Notes: generated from the sequence alone by a model not told the origin. A stretch of DNA of 64,000 bases from Flavobacteriales bacterium (GCA_022402535.1 JAKRSD010000023.1:30741-94740), one strand, 5' to 3'. Shown: positions 9,656 through 20,091, counted from the first letter of the stretch. Program-made: numbers and translations.

Positions 9656-11107
9656 TCAGGCGTCCAACTTTTCTTTCAGCAGGCGTGTGGTTACCTTGGG
9701 ATCGGCTTTGCCTCCTGAAATTTTCATGACTTCGCCCATAAACATGCCGATCAGTCCTACTTTGCCGCCTTTGTATTCGGCTACTTTTTCGGGAAATTTG
9801 GCAATCACCTGATCCACCCAGGCCGAAAGCGCACTTTCGTCGCTCTGCTGAATCAGATTTTTTTCTTCGGCAAGGACGGCTGCCGATTTTATCGGATTTT
9901 CCAGCAAGGCAGGGAAAATATTTTCCGAAGCCACCGTATTGCTCACTTTGCCCGATTTCACCAAAGCAATCAGTTCTCCTATTTTTTCGCCACCGAGCGG
10001 GAATTTTTCAATCGAAAGGCCTTTTTCATTCAGATATGAACGAATTTTACCCATCATCCAGTTGGCCGCCGCTTTATAATCTTCGGTGTGTTTAATAATC
10101 TGTAAAAAATAGGCTACCGTAGCCTTATCTTCCGTAATCCAGTAGGCATCATATTCGGGCAGTCCGTATTGTTTCACAAACTTTTGAAACAACGCTTCCG
10201 GAAGCTCTGGCAGTTCCGATTTAATTTTATCGATATAGGCTTCGCTCACAATAAGGGGCGGAAGATCGGGCTCAGGAAAATAGCGGTAATCGTGTGCCAT
10301 TTCTTTGCTACGCATCGAACGGGTTTCGCCCGAAACGGCATCGAAATTTCGCGTTTCCTGATAAATGGTTTCGCCAGTTTCAAGGCAGTTGCACTGACGC
10401 TGGAATTCAAATTCAATGGCCCGCTGCACATTGCGGATGGAGTTCATGTTTTTTACTTCCACTTTGGTGCCCAACTCCGTGGCGCCTTTCAGCCTTACGG
10501 AAATATTGGCATCGCAACGGAGCGAACCTTCTTCCATATTTCCGTCGCATACATCTAAGTAGCGTACCAGTTTGCGGATTTCGGTTAAGTATAAACCGGC
10601 CTCCTGAGAGGAAGAAATATCGGGACGGGAAACCATTTCCACCAGCGCCACACCGGCCCGGTTCAGGTCTATCAGCGAATCAAACGGATCTTGGTCGTGG
10701 ATGCTTTTTCCGGCATCTTCTTCTAAGTGTATCCGCTCCAAACGGATGTTTTTGGCATTGCCCGCATCATCTTTTATGGTAATGTATCCGTCGTAGCAGA
10801 TGGGTGTATCAAACTGCGAAATCTGATACCCTTTGGGAAGGTCGGCATAAAAATAATTTTTACGGGCAAAACGGTTCACTTCACGGATTTGGCAATTGGT
10901 GGCCAAACCCAGTTTCACGGCCAGTTCCACCACTTTTTCGTTCAGCTTGGGTAAGGTTCCCGGATGCCCCAGGGTGATCACGCTCACACAGGTATTGGGC
11001 GATGCGCCAAACTCGGTACTGTCTGCACTAAAGGCTTTGCTGAGTGTCTGCAGTTGCGCATGCACTTCCAGCCCGATTACGATTTCGTATTTGTCTTCAA
11101 ACTTCAT
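9656..11107 (-). CDS. gatB: Asp-tRNA(Asn)/Glu-tRNA(Gln) amidotransferase subunit B
   Basis: MKFEDKYEIVIGLEVHAQL N-terminus and full-length GatB similarity. Start trimmed to the MKFEDKY ATG (complement of 11105..11107). Confidence 0.9.
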   Translation of the reverse strand: MKFEDKYEIVIGLEVHAQLQTLSKAFSADSTEFGASPNTCVSVITLGHPGTLPKLNEKVVELAVKLGLATNCQIREVNRFARKNYFYADLPKGYQISQFDTPICYDGYITIKDDAGNAKNIRLERIHLEEDAGKSIHDQDPFDSLIDLNRAGVALVEMVSRPDISSSQEAGLYLTEIRKLVRYLDVCDGNMEEGSLRCDANISVRLKGATELGTKVEVKNMNSIRNVQRAIEFEFQRQCNCLETGETIYQETRNFDAVSGETRSMRSKEMAHDYRYFPEPDLPPLIVSEAYIDKIKSELPELPEALFQKFVKQYGLPEYDAYWITEDKATVAYFLQIIKHTEDYKAAANWMMGKIRSYLNEKGLSIEKFPLGGEKIGELIALVKSGKVSNTVASENIFPALLENPIKSAAVLAEEKNLIQQSDESALSAWVDQVIAKFPEKVAEYKGGKVGLIGMFMGEVMKISGGKADPKVTTRLLKEKLDA

Positions 11108-11289
11108 CTTGGGCAAATGTAGCCGTTCCCGGTTTATCTGCCTTACATGTGGATAAATTGACCCCTTATCTGTTAAAACCAACTTCGTAAACTCCTGTAT
11201 TTCAATGTATAAAAATTATGATGCATGCATACCTTTTATATAGTAAAAATGGCTAACTTGCAGACACAAACTGTAGAACCAAGATAATC

Positions 11290-12504
11290 ATGGAACAAAA
11301 TTTCATTCTGCTGGCCATTCCCGTTTTCTTTTTATCCATCGGCATCGAACTTTGGTATTCGCGCAAAAAAGGGGCACGTTGGTATAACTTTGAAGACACC
11401 ATTACCAATCTGAATCTGGGTATCGGCAGTCAGGCAGTGGGGATAATGACCAAACTGTTGCTCGTGGGTTCGTACCATTGGGTATATGAAAACGGACGTC
11501 TGTTCGACTTACCCCAAAACCATTGGCTGGTGTGGATTGCAGCCCTGCTGCTTTTTGATTATATCTACTACTGGGCTCATCGTCTGGGACACGAGTGGAA
11601 TTATATGTGGGGTGCTCATATTGTGCATCATCAGAGTACGGAGTTTAATCTTTCGGTGGCGCTGCGCCAGAGTTGGTTTCATAACCTGATTTCGTTTTTT
11701 ATGTTTCTGCCCATGGCACTGTTGGGTTTTCATACTTATGTGCTGGTTGGCGTGGCGGCATTCACCACCTTATATCAATATTGGATTCACACACGGGCCA
11801 TCAAAAAACTGCCTTGGATTTTTGAATATGTGCTGAACACGCCTTCGCACCACAGGGTTCACCATGCCACCAATGCCCACTATATCGACAAAAATTATGC
11901 GGCCACTTTCATTATCTGGGACAGGCTGCACAACACCTTTATGGAAGAAAAAGAAGAACCCGTTTATGGCATCACCAAACCATTTGAATCGCTGAATCCG
12001 ATTTGGGCCAACCTGCATTACTACAAAGAAATGGCCGAAGGCATGAAACGCGAAAAAGGATTCTGGAACAAACTGGCTTTGTGTTTCCGCGGTCCCGAAT
12101 ACCTGGGGAAACTGCTGAATGAACCCATTCCTGAACCCAAACCTGCGGTGCAGACGGCACTTCCCGTGAAGTTATATGTGCTGATTCAGTTTGTGATTCT
12201 TTCTGCCGGACTGGTAAAATACCTCATGCATTTTGAAGAACTGAGCACGTTTTATAAAATCTCGGGCTTTGGACTTATTATCGCCACCACCCATATCTGC
12301 GCCGGATTGTTGGAAAACAAACGCGCTGCCATCGTAACCGAAGTACTGCGTATAACGGCAGCCTTGCTGGTGTTGAACTCGCTGTATTATTTTAATTATG
12401 CCGAGTGGTTTGCCATTATGCTTACCGGTTCCTTGGTCATTACGGCTATTTCGGCGGTTTGGCTGGCATTCAATGTGAAAACGATACGCGTAAACGCCCG
12501 TTAA
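11290..12504 (+). CDS. Sterol desaturase/fatty-acid hydroxylase-family membrane protein with extra C-terminal TM domain
   Basis: Histidine boxes HRLGHEW, HIVHHQS and HHRVHH in the FA_hydroxylase arrangement. About 130-aa hydrophobic C-terminal extension. Confidence 0.8.
   Translation: MEQNFILLAIPVFFLSIGIELWYSRKKGARWYNFEDTITNLNLGIGSQAVGIMTKLLLVGSYHWVYENGRLFDLPQNHWLVWIAALLLFDYIYYWAHRLGHEWNYMWGAHIVHHQSTEFNLSVALRQSWFHNLISFFMFLPMALLGFHTYVLVGVAAFTTLYQYWIHTRAIKKLPWIFEYVLNTPSHHRVHHATNAHYIDKNYAATFIIWDRLHNTFMEEKEEPVYGITKPFESLNPIWANLHYYKEMAEGMKREKGFWNKLALCFRGPEYLGKLLNEPIPEPKPAVQTALPVKLYVLIQFVILSAGLVKYLMHFEELSTFYKISGFGLIIATTHICAGLLENKRAAIVTEVLRITAALLVLNSLYYFNYAEWFAIMLTGSLVITAISAVWLAFNVKTIRVNAR
12448..12504 (+). 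repeat. Left copy of 57-bp direct repeat (3' end of desaturase gene plus stop)
   Basis: GCGGTTTGGCTGGCATTCAATGTGAAAACGATACGCGTAAACGCCCGTTAATTTT is repeated at 13289..13345 with one mismatch (G/A). Confidence 0.9.
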
Positions 12505-13288
12505 TTTTCCCCGATTTATCCATTTTAGCGCTATAAATATAATGGGGACGATAACAAGCTAAGTTGCTCCTGCGTTTGTTAATAGTAAGGGGTAAAAGTA
12601 TAAAATAGTTCATTATCAAGGAATTTTAAATACTTTCCACGTTTACTCATTTATTGCCCTCAAGCCGGGCAGGCTTTTACTTTCTTTATCTCAGTTGATT
12701 TTATTGTTTTTATAGGAATCGATGAGCACTTCGTGGTTGCCTTGCCCAAAGAAAGTAAACAAAGAAAGGGCACTGCTTCCGGAGGCGTTGCGGAGCACCG
12801 GAAGAAAAAGGCTAAAACGCCTCCAATACCGATAGCCATCGGTATTCGCCATTTCTTAACGCCTTTTTCTTCCTACGCTACCGAAAGCAGGGCTTTCCTC
12901 TCCGGACGGCATCGGATTTATTGGCGGGGTTCCCACACGGCGAAAATTCCGTCAAAAGGGTGGGTCAAAAGGCACCACAGGGGCCGGCTTCCCACCCTTT
13001 AGGAATTGAGGCGGATGTGGGTCGCCAAAAATCCGCAGCCTTGATTTACTCCTCTTTGTTTATTTTATTTGGAAGTCGTGAGCTCGGCTTCGCCTCGGTT
13101 TTTTGATTCTTTTTTCATCAAGGAAAAAAGAATGCCCTGCGGCGAGCAGACAAAAGAAAAGCTACTGATTTCACTGAATATTGCACAATGATGTTCTTAG
13201 TTTGACTAATAAAACACTAAAACCATCATAATGCTGGACCTATAATATTTATATGGAAAATGAAAATTAAAGAGATCAAATCAGGAGC

Positions 13289-13345
13289 GGTTTGGCTGGC
13301 ATTCAATGTGAAAACGATACGCGTAAACGCCCATTAATTTTTGCG
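13289..13345 (+). repeat. Right copy of 57-bp direct repeat
   Basis: Near-identical copy of 12448..12504, read directly from the sequence. It overlaps the stop codon of the convergent gene 13334..14011. Confidence 0.9.
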
Positions 13346-14011
13346 GTAAGGCTGCACGCCTTTTCCCAGATAAAAAGCCAAACCAAAATTCAGATTTGGA
13401 CTGACAGTTAATCCTCCGTTGTAACTTTTTAAATTTGCCATTTGGAAATAATTAAAGGAAATGCTTCCAAAACCCGCTTCCATAGCCAAACGGCGTGTAA
13501 AAAAATAGACAATATGGGGCGAAACCCCAATATTAAGTCCAAAAGCTAAGGGATTGGAAGTAACAGCACCATTTTGCTCGGTTTTTCTGAAATTAAACCC
13601 GAATGTAGTATTGAATTGACCTATCAATCCAAATTTAGGGGTAAACATTTTATAATATCGCAGAAATACTCCCGGCAATATAGCGTGGCTATACGCTTTC
13701 ACCTCTGATGGCATAGTGGGAAAAACAGTGTAATCATAGTTCTTATCATAATTAAAACTATACCCAAGGGTTTTTCCGACTACCAGATTATGGGTTACAA
13801 AAAAACCACTCTGTTCTGATATCCAAAAACCGATGTTATTGAGTTCATTTGCTCCTAAAGGTTCGCTTTTGCTGCCCGAACCACCAAAAGACAAACTTCC
13901 CGTAATCAGTTTGGTGCCTTTTTCTATGCGGTATTTTGTTTTTAAGGAATCCTGGGCCGAGAGCGAAAGGCTGCTGCAAACAGCAAGTACTACAACAAAA
14001 ATCTTTTTCAT
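13334..14011 (-). CDS. Outer-membrane beta-barrel protein (OmpW/PorT-like small barrel)
   Basis: Signal peptide (MKKIFVVVLAVCSSLSLSAQ). About 200-aa mature protein with alternating hydrophobic/aromatic beta-strand patterns. Confidence 0.55.
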   Translation of the reverse strand: MKKIFVVVLAVCSSLSLSAQDSLKTKYRIEKGTKLITGSLSFGGSGSKSEPLGANELNNIGFWISEQSGFFVTHNLVVGKTLGYSFNYDKNYDYTVFPTMPSEVKAYSHAILPGVFLRYYKMFTPKFGLIGQFNTTFGFNFRKTEQNGAVTSNPLAFGLNIGVSPHIVYFFTRRLAMEAGFGSISFNYFQMANLKSYNGGLTVSPNLNFGLAFYLGKGVQPYRKN

Positions 14012-14022
14012 AGTCGATAAAT

Positions 14023-14841
14023 TTATAACATGGTTTGGATTAATTCTTTAAACAGACCGGTCATTACTTTTTCGGCTTCGTGGGCGGCTTTCACCACATC
14101 TTCGTGTGATATTTCAACAATTTTTCCTTCCACGCCTAAATCGGTGATGACGCTGATGGCAAAACAGCGCATGTTCATGTGTCGGGCCACGATAATTTCC
14201 GGCACGGTACTCATACCCACGGCATCTCCGCCCAAAATGCGGAACATTTTATATTCGGCGGGGGTTTCAAACGTGGGGCCCTGCACGCCTACATACACGC
14301 CCGTATGCAGTTTTATGTTTTGGGATCGGGCAATCTGCAATACTGAATCCATCAGTTCGGCATCATACGCCTGACTCATATCCGGAAAACGCACCCCGAG
14401 GCGGGTATCATTTTTTCCGCGCAGCGGATGTTCGGGCTGCAAGTTTATATGATCACGGATAAGCATCAGATCACCCACCTCAAAATCAGGGTGCATGCCT
14501 CCTGCGGCGTTGCTCACCAACAGGGTTTCTATGCCCAAAAACTTCATCACCCGCACGGGAAACGTTACTTTGTCCATATCGTAGCCCTCGTAGTAATGAA
14601 AACGCCCCTGCATCACCATTACTTCTTTACCGCCGAGATTACCGAATATCAGATAACCCGAATGCCCCTCTACCGTGGACACCGGAAAACCGGGAATATC
14701 GGTATAGGATATTTTTTCGGTGATGTCCACCTCTTTCACGAGGCCGCCGAGGCCGGAGCCTAAAATAATTCCGATACGCGGAGCCACGGAGATTTTACTT
14801 TTCAAAAAATCGGCACAGGCCTGATACGATTCGTAGGACAT
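14023..14841 (-). CDS. Purine nucleoside phosphorylase (PNP/MTAP family)
   Basis: GIILGSGLGGL phosphate-binding motif, and GHSGYLIFG...VMVMQGRFHYYEGY and MSTVPE motifs of trimeric PNP. Confidence 0.85.
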   Translation of the reverse strand: MSYESYQACADFLKSKISVAPRIGIILGSGLGGLVKEVDITEKISYTDIPGFPVSTVEGHSGYLIFGNLGGKEVMVMQGRFHYYEGYDMDKVTFPVRVMKFLGIETLLVSNAAGGMHPDFEVGDLMLIRDHINLQPEHPLRGKNDTRLGVRFPDMSQAYDAELMDSVLQIARSQNIKLHTGVYVGVQGPTFETPAEYKMFRILGGDAVGMSTVPEIIVARHMNMRCFAISVITDLGVEGKIVEISHEDVVKAAHEAEKVMTGLFKELIQTML

Positions 14842-14991
14842 GGAAAATTTGATTAGGGGACAAAAGTAAGGGTTAAATCAGAACGCTGCGCTCAAAGATG
14901 GATTACAGAAGTATCGGCGATGACCTGTCCTTTTTATCCGTACAACTACTACTGTTAATGGTTATCTGTTAATCATGAGTAAGAACAGTCC

Positions 14992-15012
14992 CAATACTTA
15001 ATACTCAATACT
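14992..15012 (+). repeat. CAATACT-type heptamer triplet (CAATACTTAATACTCAATACT)
   Basis: Same heptamer family as the arrays at 27579..27615 (inverted) and 28201..28299. Sits between the zupT stop and the PNP gene start. Confidence 0.7.
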
Positions 15013-15017
15013 GTTCC

Positions 15018-15833
15018 CTACGCAAACAACAGCAGACTCAACGCCATCACGCCCATACCGGCCACGAGGCCATATACGGCAATATGGTGTTCGCCGTATT
15101 TTTCGGCGGTGGGCATCAGCTGGTCGAGCGAAATGAATACCATAATGCCGGCCACGGAGGCAAACAATACCCCAAAAACAACCTCATTAATGAACGGCGC
15201 CAATAATAGATAGCCCACCACGGCACCCACGGGTTCGGCCAATCCCGAAAGGAAAGACAACAAAAAGGCACGCCTGCGGCTGCCCGTGGCAAAATAAATG
15301 GGCACCGAAACGGCTATTCCTTCGGGGATGTTATGAATGGCAATCGCCACCGCAATGGAAATTCCCAAAGCCGGGTCATTCAGCGCGGCAATGAATGTGG
15401 CCATACCCTCCGGAAAATTGTGAATGCCGATGGCCAGGGCAGAAAACATGCCCATACGCAATAATTTTCGGCGGCGGGCTTCCGCAGCATCCGAAGCAGA
15501 AAAATCGTTCACGTCCTTCGGTTCGTGCGGATTATCGAACGAAGGCACCAGGCGGTCAATAATGCCGATGAGCAGAATGCCGCCAAAAAAAGCCAGCGTG
15601 GCGTATATATAGCCTTCTTTTTCGCCGAGCGATGTGCTCAGAATATGGCGGGCTTTGGAAAATATTTCCACAAAGGATACATAAATCATCACCCCGGCCG
15701 AAAAGCCGAGCGCTCCCGCCAAAAACTGATGATTGGTTTTACGGGTGAAGAGGGCAATCAGACTGCCCACACCGGTGCTCAACCCCGCAAAAAGGGTTAA
15801 TCCGAACGCAAACCATATATTTTGTGTATCCAT
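15018..15833 (-). CDS. zupT: ZIP-family zinc/metal transporter
   Basis: HNFPEGMA and HNIPEGIAV signature motifs of ZupT/ZIP permeases. 8 TM helices. Confidence 0.85.
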   Translation of the reverse strand: MDTQNIWFAFGLTLFAGLSTGVGSLIALFTRKTNHQFLAGALGFSAGVMIYVSFVEIFSKARHILSTSLGEKEGYIYATLAFFGGILLIGIIDRLVPSFDNPHEPKDVNDFSASDAAEARRRKLLRMGMFSALAIGIHNFPEGMATFIAALNDPALGISIAVAIAIHNIPEGIAVSVPIYFATGSRRRAFLLSFLSGLAEPVGAVVGYLLLAPFINEVVFGVLFASVAGIMVFISLDQLMPTAEKYGEHHIAVYGLVAGMGVMALSLLLFA

Positions 15834-15914
15834 AATTATGGCGACAAAGATATATTTTTCGACTTACCTAAAAATATATTTCCCTAAACCCAAGCGAATG
15901 GAATAGAGGAGATA

Positions 15915-16976
15915 TTAATCCTTCAGCATGGAGAGCAGTTCATTTTCAAATTTCATTTTATCGCTGCCTAACTCGGGCTGTATGCCCACAATCAGCAGTT
16001 GTGACGATTCCAGCCATTCGGGCCATACTTCGCGGATGCGCACCACATCTTTTTCGGTGACGATCCAAAACCAATCTGAAAAGCGGTTCACAATATGTTC
16101 CAGCTCGCTGCGCGTATAGGCATGATGATCGGAAAACGGTTCGCGGGCCACACGATGAAACCGGGTTACCAACCAGTTGTATAAGGGAGTTTGATCGGCT
16201 ATTGCAGCCAGCAGCACGGCTTTATCCTGTTCAAAACGGGGCAAATATTCCGTTCCTTTTCCTGTGGTGAGCGGTAAATAGCGGTAGACAGAAAAATATA
16301 CGGAAGCCTCCGTATAGCGGCGGATTTTGGCCCGCATTGCGGCTTTGTCGGAATCGGTAAGCCCATCGGGGCATTTGGTAATTAGCACCATTCGGGCATG
16401 GCGTAACGCAGACAAAGGTTCGCGGGCATTTCCGGCAGGCAACAGCATCCAGGGATTATGCAGCGATTCCCAGGTAAGGAGCACGATGGCTACATGCGGT
16501 TTTAACTTCAGGTGCTGAAAGGCATCATCCAGCACCACATACCGGGTTTCGGGATTTGTTTTTAAAAGCTGTTGGATTCCCGCAGGTCTGTTTTCGCAGA
16601 CAAACACAGGTATTTCGGGGTATTTGTGTTTCACCATCAGGGGCTCATCCCCTGTTTGGGAAGCGGGCGCATCGTAGCGCACTTCCAAAAATCCTTTCGT
16701 TTTGCGTCCGTATCCGCGGCTGAGCCAGGCCGCTTTTTTGCCATGCTGCAATAAGATTTCGGCTATAAGCGCCGTGTGGGGTGTTTTTCCGGTTCCGCCG
16801 GTGGTTAAATTACCCACCACAATGGCCGGCACAGGTGATTTCCATCTTCTGCCGCTTTGGCCATACCAGATTCTGCGCAGTTTTACGATGCAGTAAAAAA
16901 GAGCCGAAAACGGAAAAAGCAGGCAACGCAAAAATTTCACCATGAAGACAAAGCTACGTTTTTCGTTTCCATTCAA
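15915..16976 (-). CDS. lpxK: Tetraacyldisaccharide 4'-kinase
   Basis: VVGNLTTGGTGKTP Walker-A motif and overall LpxK architecture. The start may be the internal ATG (MVKFL) 33 nt downstream. Confidence 0.85.
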   Translation of the reverse strand: MNGNEKRSFVFMVKFLRCLLFPFSALFYCIVKLRRIWYGQSGRRWKSPVPAIVVGNLTTGGTGKTPHTALIAEILLQHGKKAAWLSRGYGRKTKGFLEVRYDAPASQTGDEPLMVKHKYPEIPVFVCENRPAGIQQLLKTNPETRYVVLDDAFQHLKLKPHVAIVLLTWESLHNPWMLLPAGNAREPLSALRHARMVLITKCPDGLTDSDKAAMRAKIRRYTEASVYFSVYRYLPLTTGKGTEYLPRFEQDKAVLLAAIADQTPLYNWLVTRFHRVAREPFSDHHAYTRSELEHIVNRFSDWFWIVTEKDVVRIREVWPEWLESSQLLIVGIQPELGSDKMKFENELLSMLKD

Positions 16977-17006
16977 AAAAGTACCTTTGAAAAAACAAAA
17001 ACAGTC

Positions 17007-17402
17007 ATGCGTAAAGATCAGGTACCACAGGACGACGGAAAGATGCTGGATGGTAAAACCCGCGATTTATACTACGTTTTAGACGAAAACGGCAACTATG
17101 TGCAGGCATTGAGCCAGGGCTGGGACCCTAAAACCACGGTACTGCAACAAGCCTGGGACGATATAAATGAACAGGCCGAACTGGCCCGGAAAGAGGTGCT
17201 GGAGGGTAAATATTCGCCCATTCATTATTACATGGAAAAAACGCAGATGGATTTGAAATTAGTTTCGGAATACACCGGGTTTTCCAAAGGAAAAATTAAA
17301 GACCATATTACCCCCGAAGGCTTTAAAAAACTGACGGAGGCAGAACGTAATGCTTACGCAGAAACGTTTAATATCAAACCCGAAGAATTGGAAAGTTTCT
17401 AA
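17007..17402 (+). CDS. Hypothetical cytoplasmic protein (131 aa)
   Basis: ORF 16857..17402 trimmed to the first ATG (17007), which lies beyond the lpxK start on the opposite strand. No recognised motifs. Confidence 0.5.
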   Translation: MRKDQVPQDDGKMLDGKTRDLYYVLDENGNYVQALSQGWDPKTTVLQQAWDDINEQAELARKEVLEGKYSPIHYYMEKTQMDLKLVSEYTGFSKGKIKDHITPEGFKKLTEAERNAYAETFNIKPEELESF

Positions 17403-17405
17403 AAA

Positions 17406-18185
17406 TTATTCGTTCTCTTTTGAACGGTTCCAATACACATCCAGCTCTTCGAGGGTAAGGTTTTTCATTTCCTTTCCTTCTTCGCGGATTTTTTCTTCCA
17501 TGAACGAAAAACGGCTGATGAATTTTTTGTTGGTGCGCTCCAGGGCATCCTCCGGATTTACCCCGATAAAACGGGCATAATTCACCAGCGCAAAAAACAC
17601 ATCGCCCATTTCGGCTTCAGTTTTATCGGCATTTCCTGCGGTTACTTCATGACGGAGTTCGTGCAGCTCTTCCTGCACTTTTTCCCAAACCTGTTCAGGG
17701 TTATCCCAATCAAAACCTACTCCGGCGGCTTTATCCTGCATACGCTGTGCTTTCACCAGGGCCGGCAGCCCTTTGGGCACACCCTCCAATACTGATTTGC
17801 GGCCTTCTTTCAGTTTTATCTGTTCCCAATTCTGTTTTACCTTTTCGGGAGTGTCGGCCTGCACATCGCCATAGATATGCGGATGCCTTACCACAAGTTT
17901 ATCGCAGATGCTGTTGAGCACATCGGAAATATCAAAAGCGCCCTGCTCCTGTCCTATTTTTGCATAAAACACGATGTGAAGCGCCAGGTCTCCCAATTCT
18001 TTTTTGATTTCGGGAAGGTTATTATCTAAAATGGCATCGCCCAACTCATAAGTTTCTTCAATGGTAAGATGACGCAGCGATTCCAAGGTCTGTTCGCGAT
18101 CCCAGGGACATTTTTCGCGCAGGTCGTCCATAATATCCAAAAGGCGCTTAAACGCCTGTAAACGGGGGTCTGAAGTAAAATCCAT
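17406..18185 (-). CDS. mazG: Nucleoside triphosphate pyrophosphohydrolase MazG
   Basis: EKCPWDREQT...EETYEL and a second EExGD-type MazG repeat. Start trimmed to MDFTSDPRL (complement of 18183..18185). Confidence 0.85.
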   Translation of the reverse strand: MDFTSDPRLQAFKRLLDIMDDLREKCPWDREQTLESLRHLTIEETYELGDAILDNNLPEIKKELGDLALHIVFYAKIGQEQGAFDISDVLNSICDKLVVRHPHIYGDVQADTPEKVKQNWEQIKLKEGRKSVLEGVPKGLPALVKAQRMQDKAAGVGFDWDNPEQVWEKVQEELHELRHEVTAGNADKTEAEMGDVFFALVNYARFIGVNPEDALERTNKKFISRFSFMEEKIREEGKEMKNLTLEELDVYWNRSKENE

Positions 18186-18229
18186 AGCACAAAGAAACAA
18201 ATTTACGCGCGGCTGCCTATTTTTGTCAT

Positions 18230-19366
18230 ATGAGGCTTTCACAGGGATTCATTTTCGGATTATTGATATGGAGTGTCGCCGCTAAGGGGCAGTCGGTTAA
18301 ACCCGACCCACAGGCACGTAAATTTTCGCTCGATGCACATTATTCGCGCGGATTTCTGATTGTGCATTCGCCTTTGATTGCAGCCATTGCCCAAGGACCG
18401 GTACAAACAATCGAAATTTCAGGACGTTTTCAGACTTCGGACAAAAACAAATGGGCCGCTACGCACCGTTTTCCCTGGATGGGTGTGAAATATTCGGTCA
18501 CCGATTTTTCGAACCCGAAACAAATCGGTTTGGTGCACAGTGTTGCGCCCCAACTCGGGTTTCCGTTAGTGCGCAACCGTTGGTTTTCGCTTCATTCGGT
18601 TTGGAATATCGGGCTTGGTTTTGTTTCCAGACCTTTCCATCCGCAAGAAAACAATAAAAATGCCGCCAACAGCACCGTTCCCAATGTGCTGATTGAAAGC
18701 CGGCTTGAAACACTTTTCCGTCCGCAAAAACACATGGCTATTTCTGCCGGAATCACCTTTTCACATTGGAGCGTGGGTGCCATAAAAATGCCCAATCTGG
18801 GCATGAATGTGGTATCGGTGTATGCCGGCGTGCAAGCCCGATTTGGCGAAACCGTACTGCAAAACGGACCCAAACCACCCAAAGAAAAGTATCCGTTTTC
18901 GCTGTGGATACAAGGCGGAGCAGCCGCAAAACAAATTTCTTTCAAAACCGGAAATGTATACCGCCCCTGCGCTGAAATCAGTTTAGAAATCAATAAAGCC
19001 TTCACCCCTAAATCGGTGGTTCCTTTGGGCATAAATTTTTTCTATGACGGCACCATTCCCTTCCGCACGGAAATGTTGACGAATACCCCCGGAAAACCGG
19101 GACAGGCTTTTCGGGCGGGCATTCATACCGGATACGAATTTAGGGTTCACCGGCTCAGCCTGCTGTTTCATGCGGGGTTATATTTTATCAAAACCGACCC
19201 GACCGACCGTTTTCATTTTGCACGAATCGGTGCCAAATATCAGGTGCATAAACGGGTGATGGTGTATGCAAATTTGAAAACCCATTTGTTCGTTGCCGAT
19301 TTTGTATTAGCCGGCGTGGGGTATAAAATCACCGATTTCCAATTTAAAAAACGTAAACCTGTATGA
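18230..19366 (+). CDS. Secreted outer-membrane protein, possibly lipid A deacylase/acyloxyacyl hydrolase (PagL-like)
   Basis: Signal peptide and a beta-rich sequence with C-terminal His/Ser-containing segments. The family assignment is an inference from recollection of Bacteroidetes acyloxyacyl hydrolase annotations. Confidence 0.4.
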   Translation: MRLSQGFIFGLLIWSVAAKGQSVKPDPQARKFSLDAHYSRGFLIVHSPLIAAIAQGPVQTIEISGRFQTSDKNKWAATHRFPWMGVKYSVTDFSNPKQIGLVHSVAPQLGFPLVRNRWFSLHSVWNIGLGFVSRPFHPQENNKNAANSTVPNVLIESRLETLFRPQKHMAISAGITFSHWSVGAIKMPNLGMNVVSVYAGVQARFGETVLQNGPKPPKEKYPFSLWIQGGAAAKQISFKTGNVYRPCAEISLEINKAFTPKSVVPLGINFFYDGTIPFRTEMLTNTPGKPGQAFRAGIHTGYEFRVHRLSLLFHAGLYFIKTDPTDRFHFARIGAKYQVHKRVMVYANLKTHLFVADFVLAGVGYKITDFQFKKRKPV

Positions 19367-20091
19367 AAAGAATTTCCTTGATGTTGGGTTGTGTTCTATT
19401 CTTTTTCGGCTGCGAAAAAGGAGGAAACTGTTTCAGAAATGCGGGCGATTCAACCACCATTACGTTATGGGACTCATCGCAGATAAATAAAATAACCTTG
19501 CGGAAAGATGTACATCTGAATTGGTATCCTGAAGGAAACGGAAAACTGGAATTAACGGGCGGAAAAAACCTGCTGGAATTGGTAAAAACCAAGCAGGACA
19601 GCACACATTTGCAGTTATGGGAACAAAACACCTGCAACTGGCTGGGCAAATACGATGAAAAAGTAAGCGCCAATATCTATTCCGACAAAATTCAGGAAAT
19701 AACCCTTAGGGGAGGTGGAGATATAACCATGAAAGATATGTTATATGCCCCGTTTTTCATTGTATTGATGTACACTTCATGGGGTAAAGTCGATTTAAAA
19801 CTAAACACCGATGAGTTCTATATATATCAGCATTCGGGTGTTTCAAACTGCCATGTGGAGGGAAGCACAAAACTGGCGGGTATTACCGCCTGGGACAGAG
19901 GCATATTGGATTTAAAAAACCTCACCTGCAAAAATGCCGGAATCGAAAGCCGGGGCACCGGAAATATTTATATAACCGTAACGGATACGCTTTCTGTTTT
20001 TTCTACAGGAACCGCAGATATTCATGTTTGGGGCAATCCGTATGTGAAGAAAGCGGAAATCAACGGAAAAGGGAAATTAATACTTTATTGA
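19363..20091 (+). CDS. DUF2807-like lipoprotein (putative autotransporter-adhesin head GIN domain)
   Basis: Lipoprotein signal (MKRISLMLGCVLFFFGC). Repetitive beta-solenoid-like G/N-rich segments ending ...VWGNPYVKKAEINGKGKLILY. Start overlaps the previous gene's stop by 4 nt. Confidence 0.5.
   Translation: MKRISLMLGCVLFFFGCEKGGNCFRNAGDSTTITLWDSSQINKITLRKDVHLNWYPEGNGKLELTGGKNLLELVKTKQDSTHLQLWEQNTCNWLGKYDEKVSANIYSDKIQEITLRGGGDITMKDMLYAPFFIVLMYTSWGKVDLKLNTDEFYIYQHSGVSNCHVEGSTKLAGITAWDRGILDLKNLTCKNAGIESRGTGNIYITVTDTLSVFSTGTADIHVWGNPYVKKAEINGKGKLILY

Noticed and set aside
12733-13106. ORFs of 89 and 61 aa inside the 780-bp insert
   Set aside because: Arg/Lys/Pro-rich low-complexity translations of a hairpin-rich region. 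No RBS-like context. More likely non-coding.
12505-13288. Possibility that the insert is tmRNA, RNase P RNA or SRP RNA
   Set aside because: I could not find the tRNA-like T-arm (GGTTCGAATCC) or a tag-peptide reading frame for tmRNA. Nor the CR-I/CR-V (GGAAAGUCCGG...ACAGAAACCCGGCUUA) boxes of RNase P. Nor the GGAAGGAAGCAGC domain-IV motif of SRP RNA. The identity is left open.
16857-17006. The 5' extension of ORF 16857..17402
   Set aside because: It overlaps the lpxK coding start on the opposite strand. The first ATG (17007), which lies beyond the lpxK start, is a more plausible initiation site.
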